Of a DNA stretch of 64,000 nt, positions 28,200 to 38,591 are shown one piece after another (position 1 is the first letter of the stretch; each line of letters begins with the position of its first letter). Origin of the DNA: Candidatus Limnocylindrales bacterium (GTDB lineage: Bacteria; Chloroflexota; Limnocylindria; Limnocylindrales; CSP1-4); the NCBI GenBank assembly GCA_038325875.1, contig JBBQJL010000008.1:454-64453 (forward strand), given 5' to 3'. Both the position numbers and the translations under genes were made by a program. Below the pieces are notes generated by a model. The model saw only the letters and a program-made list of their open reading frames with translations, had not been told where the DNA came from and did no database searches.

Positions 28200-28772
28200 T
28201 CACGCTGCCACCACCACAGGGTCGTCGCCTCGGTCGATCGCCAGCAGGCCGACGGCCATCCCGGCGATGACGACGACGACCCCGCCGACGGCCGCGACCA
28301 CCGTCCCGAACGCCGGCGCGCCCAACCCGTACGCGATCACCGCGCTAGCGACGCACAGGCCGAACCCGCCGAGAAACACCCACCCGACCGTCCGGGGGTG
28401 GCCAGGCGCGCGGAGCAACGAAAGTGCCGTCACGATCGCCCCAATGGCGCTCGTCCAGCCACCGAGGAAAAGCAGGCCGATCGTGGCGACGCTCTCGGAA
28501 CCGGAGGTGGACGCGCCGCTCAGGATCGCCGAGGCGCTCGCGCAGGCCAGCCCGATACCGAACAACGCGAGACCGATGCGCACAGCACGGCCGTGGAGCA
28601 GCCGCGGGCCGTCGATCACGATCGCGGCAAAGCCGATCGCCGGCATGGCAAGGCCGGCCGCCAGGACGGTCCCGCCGACGCTTTGCGGCCCTACGGCGAA
28701 GGATCCGCCGGTGACGAAGATGAGCCCCGTGACGATAACTAGCGCCCAGCCACCGATGACTAACAGCGGCAC
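28200..28772 (-). CDS. Hypothetical multi-pass membrane protein
   Basis: About six hydrophobic Gly/Ala-rich segments; family not recognised. Confidence 0.55.
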   Translation of the reverse strand: MPLLVIGGWALVIVTGLIFVTGGSFAVGPQSVGGTVLAAGLAMPAIGFAAIVIDGPRLLHGRAVRIGLALFGIGLACASASAILSGASTSGSESVATIGLLFLGGWTSAIGAIVTALSLLRAPGHPRTVGWVFLGGFGLCVASAVIAYGLGAPAFGTVVAAVGGVVVVIAGMAVGLLAIDRGDDPVVVAA

Positions 28773-28917
28773 GGCAGACGAACGTCCGGGTTGATGAACT
28801 CGACACCCTCGTCATTGGTGCCGCAGGTCAGTGCACTCAGAGGGGTCGGGACCCACCGAGCGCGCCAGCGAGTCGCGTAGTCGTGCCCGGCCACCCCAGG
28901 CGTGTGCTGCGTTCAGG

Positions 28918-29715
28918 CTAGTTGGTGATTGCCGGCGGCAGCGCCTCGACTTCATCCGCGCCTACCATGAGGCTGACGATTTCCTCGGGTCGCGTCTGAG
29001 TCGCTTGGAGGTCGCCGACCTTCCTGCCACGACGCATGACGATTATTCGGTCTGCGACGGCAAAGATGTCGGCGAGATTGTGACTGATGATGATCACTGG
29101 GACGCCTTGACTCTTGAGGGCACGGACCAACTCGTACACTTTTCGCTGCTCCAAGACACCGAGTGCGGCGGTTGGTTCATCCATGATGACTAGCTTCGCA
29201 TTCCAATAGATCGCCCGCGCGATCGCGACCGCCTGGCGCTGCCCACCGGACAGATTGCGGATCTTCTCCTGTGGCGCGGGCAAGCGGATGTCCAACCGAT
29301 CGAGGATGTGTGCTGATTCAAGTGCCATTTGCTTGCGGTCGACAAATCTAAATAGACCCAAATGGCGGTGGGTTGGCTCGCGCCCCATGAAGATGTTGTC
29401 GCCTGCATTCATGTTCTCGGCGAGAGCTAGGTCCTGGTAGATAGTCTCTATGCCGGCATCGCGCGCTTCACGCGGCGAAGTCGTGGGCACGGGCTGACCA
29501 TCGAACCAGATCGTGCCCTCGTCTGGCGCATACACCCCAGAGATCATTTTGATGAGGGTCGACTTGCCCGCGCCGTTGTCCCCGAGGAGACCGACTACTT
29601 CGCCTGCATTGACCTCAAGGCTCACGCGGTCAACGGCGACGAGTCCACCGAACCGTTTGACGAGACCGTCCACCTGCAGGACGGGAGTTGCTTGTGGCAG
29701 CGCATCAACTCCCAT
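28918..29715 (-). CDS. Sugar ABC transporter ATP-binding protein
   Basis: GDNGAGKST, IYQDLAL, LSGGQRQ, IMDEPT. Confidence 0.95.
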   Translation of the reverse strand: MGVDALPQATPVLQVDGLVKRFGGLVAVDRVSLEVNAGEVVGLLGDNGAGKSTLIKMISGVYAPDEGTIWFDGQPVPTTSPREARDAGIETIYQDLALAENMNAGDNIFMGREPTHRHLGLFRFVDRKQMALESAHILDRLDIRLPAPQEKIRNLSGGQRQAVAIARAIYWNAKLVIMDEPTAALGVLEQRKVYELVRALKSQGVPVIIISHNLADIFAVADRIIVMRRGRKVGDLQATQTRPEEIVSLMVGADEVEALPPAITN

Positions 29716-30841
29716 GGGCCGGCCCCTCCTTTACCACAAGCCGACCCCGAAACTGGTCGATCAAGACAGCGATGATAATGACGCTGCCGACGGCGATGTA
29801 TTGATAGAAGGGATTGATACCCTGGATGACAAAACCGGTCTCGAGGACCGCGATGATGAGGGCACCGATCACAGTTCCCCAAATCGTGCCCTCGCCACCG
29901 TACAGGCTGGCCCCACCGATCACGACGGCAGCGATTGCGGTCAGAAGGAGGGGTTCACCCGCAACTGCGGAACCGCTCGTAAAGCGCATGACATACATCT
30001 GTCCCGCGATTCCAGCCAACAATCCCGAGAGCGCATAGATCTTGACGATGTGACGGTCAACTTGGATTCCCGCGCGTCGGGCGGCCTCAGGGTTCCCGCC
30101 AACGGCGTAGGTGTGTTGTCCGAACAAGGTCCTCGACAAGACGACATAGCAGACCAGGACGACGACCGCGGCAAGGCTCACCATGTTGGGGATGAAACCT
30201 TGAACCTGACGAAGCTGATCCTGTGCCACGACGGGCGCACTACCGAGGCTCCATCCGCCGCTGGGACCATGGTAGAAAAGGTATCCATTCCCGATCGCCC
30301 CTAACGGGGGTGGCTGCCCACCTACGGGTGGTCCTCCGGTAAGAATGAGGGCGATGCCTCGGCAAATGCCCAACATGCCGAGCGTGGCAATGAAGGCTGG
30401 CACCTTCAGTTTGGAGATGATCAGCCCGCTCGTCGCGCCAGCCGTGACTGTCACCAGCAGCGCCGTGCCCATCGCCAGCGGCATCAGGATCAAAAGACTG
30501 ATTCCGGATGGGTACAGCTCGCGCATGATTACTGCGGAGACGACAGACGACAACCCCATGAGGTAGCCGGCCGAAAGGTCGATGCCGCCACTGATGACTA
30601 CGAATGTTTCGCCCAACGCGACTATCAGGTTCTGCGCACTGGCCACGCCGACTGACTGGAAGTTTGTGATGGTAAGGAATCCGGGAGCAAGGACCGAGAA
30701 GTAGACAACGAGGCAGACCAGAAAGATCCAGGACCAGGCCCTAACGCCGACTGCCCAAAGGTGCCTCCCGCTGCTGGAGCGCCATCCTTGTGCTCGTGAG
30801 GTGAGGGCTTGGATGCGCCGAACGATCATTCTCGCTGACAC
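29705..30841 (-). CDS. Sugar ABC transporter permease (RbsC-like)
   Basis: GGIDLS, PAFIATLG, YAVGGNPEAARRAGI, IAAVVIGG.SL.GG.G. Confidence 0.95.
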   Translation of the reverse strand: MSARMIVRRIQALTSRAQGWRSSSGRHLWAVGVRAWSWIFLVCLVVYFSVLAPGFLTITNFQSVGVASAQNLIVALGETFVVISGGIDLSAGYLMGLSSVVSAVIMRELYPSGISLLILMPLAMGTALLVTVTAGATSGLIISKLKVPAFIATLGMLGICRGIALILTGGPPVGGQPPPLGAIGNGYLFYHGPSGGWSLGSAPVVAQDQLRQVQGFIPNMVSLAAVVVLVCYVVLSRTLFGQHTYAVGGNPEAARRAGIQVDRHIVKIYALSGLLAGIAGQMYVMRFTSGSAVAGEPLLLTAIAAVVIGGASLYGGEGTIWGTVIGALIIAVLETGFVIQGINPFYQYIAVGSVIIIAVLIDQFRGRLVVKEGPAHGS

Positions 30842-30930
30842 CCGGGACGCCCGGTTTGGATCGCGTCATCCACCGTTTCTCCTTGGTCCACCTGAATGAG
30901 CTGCCAAGATTCGCGCCAGCACCCCTCGGA

Positions 30931-30975
30931 ACTCTTTCGCCGACGACCGGTTCGATCCGACGCGGGCGAAAGAGT
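30931..30975. promoter_or_regulatory. Intergenic stem-loop between binding protein and permease genes
   Basis: ACTCTTTCGCC...GGCGAAAGAGT 11-bp inverted repeat. Confidence 0.5.
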
Positions 30976-31014
30976 CCGACGAGGCCGAGGGCGCCTCCCG
31001 CCTTTGGAGAAGTC

Positions 31015-32157
31015 CTAGTAGATGAGGTCCTTGGTTTCAGGATTGTCGACGGTGTCCCGAGTGATAATCCCGAACCCTGTCGCAACGTTTCGCGGTAGGT
31101 CCCGGTTGCCCTCGAGATAGTTCACGGCGAAGTTCAACCCGAGCTGTGCCATCTGCCATGGCTTCTGGGCAATGACGATGTCGTTCACATTGTTGCGAAG
31201 ATCCTCGATCGCCACGGCGGTTGCGTCGAATGCCACGACCTTGACCTTGCCGGTCAAGGCTGCGTTCTTGACTGCCTTACCGGCACCCTCCGCCGCGAAG
31301 ACGTTGGTGCCAAAGATTCCACCCAGGTCGGGCATGCGCTGAAGGAAGGCCGAAACCAACGCTTGTGCCTTGTTGGGATCGTTGTCGTCATAGTTGACGC
31401 CGGCGAGCTCAACACCCGGGTGCTTCTGGATGGCAGCCTTACAACCGTTCTCCCGTCCGTCATTCGAGCTGTCTCCCGGGATCGTGTTCTCGATTAGGAG
31501 CTTGCCTTTGTCACCCATGTCCTTGATCAAGGCTTCGCAAGCGACCATTCCACCTTCAAAATTGTCGGAGCCGACGTAGCTAGTGACGAAGCCTTCGGGA
31601 CCGCTGCCGCCGTAGTTGCCCTTACCGATAAAGGTATCGAGCGTGATCACCGGAATGCCCGCATCGTGGGCGCGCTGTAGCGGGGCGATCATGGCCTCTG
31701 CGTCAGTTGGCACCACCAACAAGAAGTCGACCTTACGCGCGATCATCGCGTCGACGATGGGGGTCTGAAGGACCGGTCGGTATTCCTGGGGACCTTCCAC
31801 GATGAGGTCGATACCGAGTTTCTCGGCTTCGGCCTTGGCTGCCTTTTCCATGCTTACGTAGAACGGATCACCGACTGCGCCCACGACCAGTCCCATGGTG
31901 TACTTCTTGGACGGCTTGCCCGGAGGCACCGTCACATCATCGGCGCGCACCGGCGACGGCGCGACGTCCCCGCCGCCGGCAGCGGACGGGGCCAACGAGC
32001 CGGATGGAGCGGCGACCGAAGGCTGGGCAGTCGTCGGCCCGGGAACGGCATTGGTTGGAACTCCGGTCGAGCTCGGAGCGGCGGCTTGACACTGGACTAA
32101 GAGCAGGCTCAGCACGGCCAACGTCAGCAACGGTGTCCGCATTCCCAATGTGTGCAT
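31015..32157 (-). CDS. Sugar ABC transporter substrate-binding protein (RbsB-like)
   Basis: Signal peptide, DPFYVSM, GIPVITLD, GSDNFEGG, KVVAFD, AQKP; GGAGGAG RBS. Confidence 0.92.
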   Translation of the reverse strand: MHTLGMRTPLLTLAVLSLLLVQCQAAAPSSTGVPTNAVPGPTTAQPSVAAPSGSLAPSAAGGGDVAPSPVRADDVTVPPGKPSKKYTMGLVVGAVGDPFYVSMEKAAKAEAEKLGIDLIVEGPQEYRPVLQTPIVDAMIARKVDFLLVVPTDAEAMIAPLQRAHDAGIPVITLDTFIGKGNYGGSGPEGFVTSYVGSDNFEGGMVACEALIKDMGDKGKLLIENTIPGDSSNDGRENGCKAAIQKHPGVELAGVNYDDNDPNKAQALVSAFLQRMPDLGGIFGTNVFAAEGAGKAVKNAALTGKVKVVAFDATAVAIEDLRNNVNDIVIAQKPWQMAQLGLNFAVNYLEGNRDLPRNVATGFGIITRDTVDNPETKDLIY

Positions 32158-32464
32158 ATCTGTTTTCTCCTCCAAACGCGGCGAGGATCTAGGACGGGGT
32201 ACGCCTACGACATGAGCCTTCAGGCGCAGTCGGCGCTCGCCACGGCGGCCAGATTCGATGTGCCCCAACTGATTTCTCTCATCCACCTCCTGTCCGGACG
32301 GACCAATCCGGCTGCATGAATACAACTCGCTCGATCGGGCGTCGCAACAGCTCCCAACGAAACTCGTTGTCGACACGGCCCCGATGGTCGTAGTCGGATC
32401 GGGAGCACCGACCGGACGTGGGTGACGCGATGCGACTGGTTCGCACCCGCGCCCACCCAGCGAC

Positions 32465-33301
32465 TCAGGTCCCAAGGCCCGGTTTGAGTTGCAACGAAGG
32501 CTGCGCCGCGGGAGGATCTGGCTGCAGCTCATAACAAAGCGCTCTCAGCCCGCCGTCGACCACCACTTCAGTTCCCGTGACAAACGAGGATTCGTCGGAG
32601 GCGAGAAAGAGCGCGACTTGTGCGACCTCGTCCGGGCGTGCAATCCGCCGCATTGGGTAGAGCTGTTCGACCCGTGTCCTGGCGGCGACGGGATCCGACG
32701 CTTGGGCGAAGTAGGCCTGGTTCAGCTCCGTGTCGATGTCGCCAGGGCATATGGCGTTGGAACGGACGCCATCCTGTCCGTACGTGATCGCGATGCTTCG
32801 CATCAGCCCCAGGATCCCCGTCTTGGTCATGCCGTAAAGCGGGAGGATCGGGTCGGCCGCGAGTCCCACCAGCGACGACATGAAGACGAGGGAGCCACGA
32901 CCCTGCTCGATCATGGCCGGGAGCACCGCTCGGGCAAACAAGAATGGGCCGAGCAGGTTGACAGCAATGTGGTTGTCGAAGTCCTTCCTCGACGCGTCGA
33001 GCAGCTTGCCTTCTCTCTGGTATGCCGCGTTGCTGATAAGCACGTCGATCCGACCATAGGTCTTGAGGACCTGGCTCACAAGGCCGACCACGGTCGCCTC
33101 GTTTGACACGTCGCCCTCGACGAACTCGGCCCGGCATCCGGCTTCTACAAGTCCGTCTGCCAGTGCTCGTCCCCGCTCGCCATTGAGATCCATGCCAACG
33201 GCAATGGCTCCCTCGCGCGCAAATAGCTCGGTCACAGCTGCGCCGACTCCGCGTGCGGACCCGGTCACGATGGCGACACGATCCATCAACCTACCCGACA
33301 C
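32465..33301 (-). CDS. SDR family oxidoreductase
   Basis: TGSARGVG, SNAA, YGMTK, CPG, VDGG. Confidence 0.93.
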   Translation of the reverse strand: MSGRLMDRVAIVTGSARGVGAAVTELFAREGAIAVGMDLNGERGRALADGLVEAGCRAEFVEGDVSNEATVVGLVSQVLKTYGRIDVLISNAAYQREGKLLDASRKDFDNHIAVNLLGPFLFARAVLPAMIEQGRGSLVFMSSLVGLAADPILPLYGMTKTGILGLMRSIAITYGQDGVRSNAICPGDIDTELNQAYFAQASDPVAARTRVEQLYPMRRIARPDEVAQVALFLASDESSFVTGTEVVVDGGLRALCYELQPDPPAAQPSLQLKPGLGT

Positions 33302-33461
33302 GTGGCCTACTCCCTACGGCTCGCCGGAGCGTCCCGCCACTGCGGCGGTTCGATCGCGTGCCCTCGATTGCACTTCTGTGCGTCGCTGTCTCCCCTGCCT
33401 GGCGACGGTTGCGCTGCGGACATGGGTCGCGGACGTACCGAGCTACGCTCCTCGCCGGACA

Positions 33462-33477
33462 AATGTAACATCGTTAC
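33462..33477. promoter_or_regulatory. Operator AATGTAAC-N3-GTTAC, copy 1
   Basis: AATGTAACATCGTTAC just downstream of a minus-strand TTGACA...CACAAT promoter. Confidence 0.7.
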
Positions 33478-33882
33478 GATTGTGCCGGGCGCGGCCCTTT
33501 GTTGTCAATTCGCTTCTACCCGGAGCCTGCTTGGAATTCTGCGGTACTGCAGTGTCGCGGCTCTGTTCGGCCAACGGTCGGACGACCCTCCGCCTCCGCC
33601 GGATGGTCAGCCTGAAGCGGGCACTCAGGGACGCCAGGAGAGAGACGCGAGTGGGTCCAAGCCAGCGGGCGTGCGATCGGGACTCGACGCGCGGGAGCTG
33701 AAGCGACGCTGGATCGCCTTAGTCTTTAGTGAATCCCAAGCCCTACTCGATAGCCCACTTCGATTCTCGGCTCGAGCCCTAGATGGGTGGCATGATCCTG
33801 GCGGGCCGCCCAAGGCAAATCAGACGTTTCAGGCTCGACCGACCTCGACAGCCCACCGGACTAGGTGCGGACTCTCCCGCTG

Positions 33883-34926
33883 TCAATGTCCCGGACCGTA
33901 AACGGCCTCACGAAGGCCAGTGATGTAGCCGATCGCGAAGAGTCGGCCAAGAGTTGAATAGCCGAACGTGTCGTTCGTCTCGCCTTCGAGCGCCGGCACG
34001 TGATCGGGACGAACCACGCCATCGAAGCCGATATCGCGATATGCACGCATGCACTCGAGCATGTCGGTCGGGCCTTCATCGTGAAAGACCTCAACGAAGT
34101 GCTGTTTGTCTCCGGCGACGTCTCTGAAATGAGCGAAAAAGATGCGCCTGTCTCGACCGAGCTGTCGGATGAGGGAGGGTACATCGGTGGTCATCAACGC
34201 GAAGTTGCCTTGGCAGAAGGTGATGCCGCTGTACTCGCTGTCTACCGTCGTGAGCACACGCTCGAAAGCGTCTGGCGTGGTCATGATGTGAGGTACTCCA
34301 CGGACCTCGGGGATTGGCGGATCATCAGGGTGAAGCGCGATTCGCACACCGGCGCGCTCTGCAACTGGCACGACAGCGCGAAGAAAGTACTCGTAAGCGC
34401 CCCAAAGCTGCTCATGGGTGATGCTCCCGGGCTCAACGAGTGGCGGTGCGCTGCGCATGACAGCTTCGTCATACCCTGAGGTGATGGCTCCACCCCGGAG
34501 ACGCACCGACGCGTTGGTGCGGGCCCAATCCGAGATGGCCACCCAGTTGTAGCACAGCGTTGTGATGCCAACCTCGCCCATGGCTCGCAGCTGTGTACAA
34601 AACCAGTCGATTTGCTCATCTCGGCCGGGGCGGCCCAGCCGGATCTCGTCCATCGGGGGTGTGTCTTCAATGACGACGACCTCGAGCCCGTAATTGCGAT
34701 ATCGTTCCTGCATTCTCGCCAGGGCCTGCCGCTCCCAGGGCCGCTCGCCCACGGGAGGCGCGCTGTAGCGGGGCGGCGCCACTGACAGCTGGATCTCCGC
34801 TGTTGGCCATCGCCACTTTTGCTCGCCGGCTTCGAGAAGGCTGACGACATGGTCGACGCCGACCTGTTTGACCAGTCGCCACAGTGAACTCGGGAAGGGT
34901 TCCAGCTGCTCGGCGATGTTCAACAT
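33883..34926 (-). CDS. uxuA: Mannonate dehydratase (UxuA family)
   Basis: CYNW...W.RT, LHPDDPP, GITFCQG, HFRDV, RPDHVP, GRLFAIGY. Confidence 0.9.
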   Translation of the reverse strand: MLNIAEQLEPFPSSLWRLVKQVGVDHVVSLLEAGEQKWRWPTAEIQLSVAPPRYSAPPVGERPWERQALARMQERYRNYGLEVVVIEDTPPMDEIRLGRPGRDEQIDWFCTQLRAMGEVGITTLCYNWVAISDWARTNASVRLRGGAITSGYDEAVMRSAPPLVEPGSITHEQLWGAYEYFLRAVVPVAERAGVRIALHPDDPPIPEVRGVPHIMTTPDAFERVLTTVDSEYSGITFCQGNFALMTTDVPSLIRQLGRDRRIFFAHFRDVAGDKQHFVEVFHDEGPTDMLECMRAYRDIGFDGVVRPDHVPALEGETNDTFGYSTLGRLFAIGYITGLREAVYGPGH

Positions 34927-35088
34927 GATTGCCCTCGGACCTCGTGCACCGTTTGTGGCGAATCGGCTCAGCGGACTGCCTGGTGAGGAGATCCCACTTC
35001 GCCTCCTAGACAAGTCACCGACCCGGAGGCCGCCGATGGCGCCGGGGCCGTCCACTCACGATTGTCAGTCGACGCGACCAGCACCATG

Positions 35089-35104
35089 AATGTAACGCTG
35101 TTAC
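35089..35104. promoter_or_regulatory. Operator AATGTAAC-N3-GTTAC, copy 2
   Basis: AATGTAACGCTGTTAC in the uxuA/aminotransferase divergent region, overlapping the -10 of TTGACG-18-TACATT (minus strand). Confidence 0.7.
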
Positions 35105-35224
35105 CTTGAGGGCGTCAAACTAGATCAAGGGACGGGTAGGATCACAACAGGCGACCCGCGGGCGCATAGCGCGGTGACCAGTAGCCGGATCGCGGGCACG
35201 TTCGCCACGGGAGGTCTCGAGCCG

Positions 35225-36526
35225 ATGAATCAGGAGCGTTCGAGTAGCCTATTCGAGGCTGCGCGCGAAGTGATTCCTGGAGGCGTGACCTCGACCGTCC
35301 GAGCAGGCCGCCAGCCGCACCCGCTCTACTTCGAGCGTGGTATAGGTCCGTTCATGTGGGACGTGGACGGCAACCGCTACGTCGACTACGTGCTGGCCCT
35401 GGGACCGCTCATCCTAGGTCATGCCCCCCAGGTCGTCCGAGCCGCCGTGCACCGCCAGCTTGATCAAGACCTGATCTTCGGCTCGCAGCATCCTCTCGAG
35501 CCGGAGGTCGCTGGCTTGATGGTGGAGCTTGTCCCGGGTGCCGAGCAGGTGATTTTCGCAACTACGGGGAGCGACGCGGTCGCCGTGGCATTGCGCCTGG
35601 CTCGGGTTGTCACTGGGCGCGATCTTGTGATGAAATTCGAGGGTCATTATCACGGCTGGCTGGACGGAGTCTTCGCAAGTACAGGGTTCGATGGTTATGA
35701 TCCGGCCCGTTCCGGCCGCGTCGAGCGGCCCGCGACGGTCCCATCGGCACCCGGGATACCGACCCGGGCGCAAGCCGACACGGTGGTGGCGCAGTGGAAC
35801 GACCTCGAGTCCGTCGAGGCGATCCTGGAGGGGCACCGCGGCGAAGTGGCGGCGGTGATCTGCGAACCGCTCGCGGTCAATGGTGGGGTGATCGCGCCCG
35901 ATCCGGGGTTCCTCGAGGGCCTGCGGCGTCTGGCGTCCGCGAATGGCACGCTGCTTGTATTCGACGAAATCATCACCGGGTTCCGGCTTGCCCCCGGCGG
36001 AGGTCAGGAGCGGTTCGGCGTGACAGCGGACCTCGCGATCTTCGGAAAGGCGATGGGAGGCGGCATTGCTGTCAGTGCAGTCACTGGAACTCGCGCAATG
36101 ATGCGTCCGATCGAGGACGGGCGCCTCGTCCATAACGGGACGTTCAACGGCAATCCGATCGGACTGTCCGCCGCGGCCGCGACGCTTCATCACCTTGCGA
36201 CAACGCGCGACTCGACCTATCCAGCACTCGAAACCCTCGGGCGTCGCCTAGGCGAAGGACTTGCGGCGGCGTCCCCTCGCCTGACCGTCCGGCAAGTCGG
36301 GTCGATCCTCTTCACCGCGGTCGACGAACCCGCGGTCGTACGGACAGTTCGGGACCGGATCGGTGGGAACCCGGCCGTCCACTCCAGGTTCACGGAGGCG
36401 CTTCTACGCCGGGGCGTCCACGCCACACCTCGAGGACTGTGGTACCTCTCGACCGCTCACACCGATGCGGAGGTCGACCTAACGATCGCGGCGGCGGCTG
36501 ATGCCGCCAAAGAAGTCCTGGCCTGA
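35225..36526 (+). CDS. Class III PLP aminotransferase (GSA-aminomutase-like fold)
   Basis: PGGV.S..R, DVDGNRYVD, KFEGHYHG, FDEIITGFR, FGKAMGGG, GTFNGNP. Confidence 0.9.
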   Translation: MNQERSSSLFEAAREVIPGGVTSTVRAGRQPHPLYFERGIGPFMWDVDGNRYVDYVLALGPLILGHAPQVVRAAVHRQLDQDLIFGSQHPLEPEVAGLMVELVPGAEQVIFATTGSDAVAVALRLARVVTGRDLVMKFEGHYHGWLDGVFASTGFDGYDPARSGRVERPATVPSAPGIPTRAQADTVVAQWNDLESVEAILEGHRGEVAAVICEPLAVNGGVIAPDPGFLEGLRRLASANGTLLVFDEIITGFRLAPGGGQERFGVTADLAIFGKAMGGGIAVSAVTGTRAMMRPIEDGRLVHNGTFNGNPIGLSAAAATLHHLATTRDSTYPALETLGRRLGEGLAAASPRLTVRQVGSILFTAVDEPAVVRTVRDRIGGNPAVHSRFTEALLRRGVHATPRGLWYLSTAHTDAEVDLTIAAAADAAKEVLA

Positions 36527-36638
36527 GTCCCTACTCCGCCTCCTCCTACGGGTCGCCTGGGCAGGAGCCTCAACCACGTTCGTCGGGCCCGCGGAGAGGC
36601 CTGGTGGGAGTCGAACCGGGTGCTGCCAGGGTGGGAAT

Positions 36639-37475
36639 CTAGGTGACCTGGGAAGGGTGGTCTGGCAGGCTGGCCCCTGGCGGCGCCGCATCAGGCACCG
36701 TCGACGAGACGAGGTGCTCGTACAGGTGCCATTGGCCTCCGAGCTTGTCCGCCGTTGCGCGGAGCGCCGGTCCGAACCTCAGCAGCGCGAGGGGAGTCAG
36801 GCGGGCGGCTGGTCCTGCAATACTGACGGTGGCGACCCCTCGTCCCCGAGGATCGGATGTGGGTACGATCGGAGCAGCGATCGCGTTCACGCCCGCCTCC
36901 ATCTCCTCATGTGTGACAGCGAACCCGAGGCGCTTCGCCTCGGCGATCTCATGGAGCAGGCGACGGAGGTCAGTCTCGGTCCGGAGTGTCTGGGCGTCGA
37001 GGCCCCGGGCGTCGAGGAGGGCAGTGGCCTCGTCCTCTGGCAGCGTGGAGAGCCACGCCTTGCCCGTGGCGGTGGCATGCAGGACGACCTCGGTGCCCGA
37101 CACGCCATCCACCGTCAGGGCGGTATCGGCACCTTGCGCCTTTGCGATGAAACGGAGCACCGAACCAGACACGACGGCAAGGCGAACGAGCTCACCACTC
37201 AACGCTGCGAGCTCAGCCAACTCGTCACGCGACCACCTCGTCAGGCCCGCGGTTTCGAGCTGGCGCACGCCGAGACCGCCCAGCTTGAATGTCGCGCGAT
37301 AGCGTTCGGTGGTCGGATTCTGCACGACATAGCCTAGCTCGATGAGCTCCGCAAGGAGCCGATGTGGGATCGCCCGATTGAGTTGCAGCGCGATGGCAAG
37401 GTCGGTCACTCGGACTCCCTCTGGCTCGCTCGCGAGGAGTTCGAGGATTCGCATCCCTCGGCCGACGCTAGACAT
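36639..37475 (-). CDS. IclR family transcriptional regulator
   Basis: SVGRGMRILELLA HTH, LHATATGKA, EEMEAGVNAIAAPI, SIAGP. Confidence 0.92.
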   Translation of the reverse strand: MSSVGRGMRILELLASEPEGVRVTDLAIALQLNRAIPHRLLAELIELGYVVQNPTTERYRATFKLGGLGVRQLETAGLTRWSRDELAELAALSGELVRLAVVSGSVLRFIAKAQGADTALTVDGVSGTEVVLHATATGKAWLSTLPEDEATALLDARGLDAQTLRTETDLRRLLHEIAEAKRLGFAVTHEEMEAGVNAIAAPIVPTSDPRGRGVATVSIAGPAARLTPLALLRFGPALRATADKLGGQWHLYEHLVSSTVPDAAPPGASLPDHPSQVT

Positions 37476-37598
37476 GAGCCACATCTCCCTCACTGGTTGA
37501 CTGGGGTCGCACGAACTTGAGCTGTCCGCGGAGGAGGGAACTGACCTGGCCAGAGGGTCTGCGAACCCGACGAGACACTACGGAACGGCGGTCCGAAG

Positions 37599-38495
37599 TC
37601 ATGCCGCCGGTCCGACGAGCATTCGAAGCCGGCGAGCGCTCTCGGGAAATCCGGTTCCAGGCTCGGGGAGATCGTCGGGATTCCATCGGTACTCGTATTC
37701 GATCGAGTATGAGCCGTCGTAGCCAGCGTCGCGGAGCTTTCCGATGATTGCGGGCCATTCAAGAATTCCGTCGCCGATCATTCGCGAATGATGCACGCGG
37801 TCTGCCTTGTCGATTCGAGCGACCGAGCTTGTGGTCAGGACTTTGTGGGGATCGATGAACTCGAGATCCTTGACATGAACGTGCTGGATCCATGGAGCCT
37901 GCAGCTCGATGGCCTCCTCATAGGACTCGCGGTGGGTGAACGTGAGGTTCGCCTGGTCGTACAGGATCCCGACCCCTGCCGAGTCGACGTCGGCCATGAG
38001 TCGGGCCGTTTCGGCGGCCGAGATCGTCATCGTGCTGAAGTGGTTCTCAACGCAGAGGACCAATCCGTCTCTCGTGGCCTCCTCCCCCAGGGTGCGTAGC
38101 GAGTCCACCAGTCGGCGATACATCAGACGGACTTCCTCGTCGGTTTCGTGACCAAGGAGGGCTCCCCCGTAGACTCGCATTCGTGAGCAGCCAAGCGCCT
38201 TTGCCGTCTGCATCGCAGCTGCGAGGCGAGCGATGTCCCGCTGGCGGATCACTTCATCAAGACTATTCAGGTCGGTCACATATGGAGTGAGGCAGCCGAT
38301 CGTCAGGCCAAGGTCGCGAGCCCGGCGCCCAATGTTGCGCACGATTTCGCCGTTCTCGGTCTCGGGAATACCACCGCGGTAGCCGTCCTGCCAGATGATC
38401 TCCGCGCCATCTAGACCGGACACAGCGAAAAGGTCCAAGGCCTCGAGCGGAGTGAGCGCTGGCGTTCCGAGCGTGTGACCGAGAAGCGCGGCCAT
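37599..38495 (-). CDS. Sugar phosphate isomerase/epimerase (xylose isomerase-like TIM barrel)
   Basis: VENH, YDQAN, HVHVKD, G.G..EW, SIEYE. Confidence 0.88.
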   Translation of the reverse strand: MAALLGHTLGTPALTPLEALDLFAVSGLDGAEIIWQDGYRGGIPETENGEIVRNIGRRARDLGLTIGCLTPYVTDLNSLDEVIRQRDIARLAAAMQTAKALGCSRMRVYGGALLGHETDEEVRLMYRRLVDSLRTLGEEATRDGLVLCVENHFSTMTISAAETARLMADVDSAGVGILYDQANLTFTHRESYEEAIELQAPWIQHVHVKDLEFIDPHKVLTTSSVARIDKADRVHHSRMIGDGILEWPAIIGKLRDAGYDGSYSIEYEYRWNPDDLPEPGTGFPESARRLRMLVGPAA

Positions 38496-38591
38496 GGGAC
38501 CTCCTATCGAGGCCGATTAAGGCCGTCTGGCGACCGGTTCTGCGTGATCATGCGACAAGAGCCGGCTCCGATGTTCGTCTCGGGTCGAAGG

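Noticed and set aside
28796-28852. ELDTLVIGAAGQ Rossmann-like start and att-like GTGCACTCAGAGGG
   Set aside because: Matches are too short or degenerate to support
33302-33901. 199-aa ORF between the SDR and uxuA
   Set aside because: No motifs; overlaps a promoter and operator, so probably intergenic
35225-36526. Assignment as hemL
   Set aside because: Context is sugar catabolism inside an island; only the family can be supported
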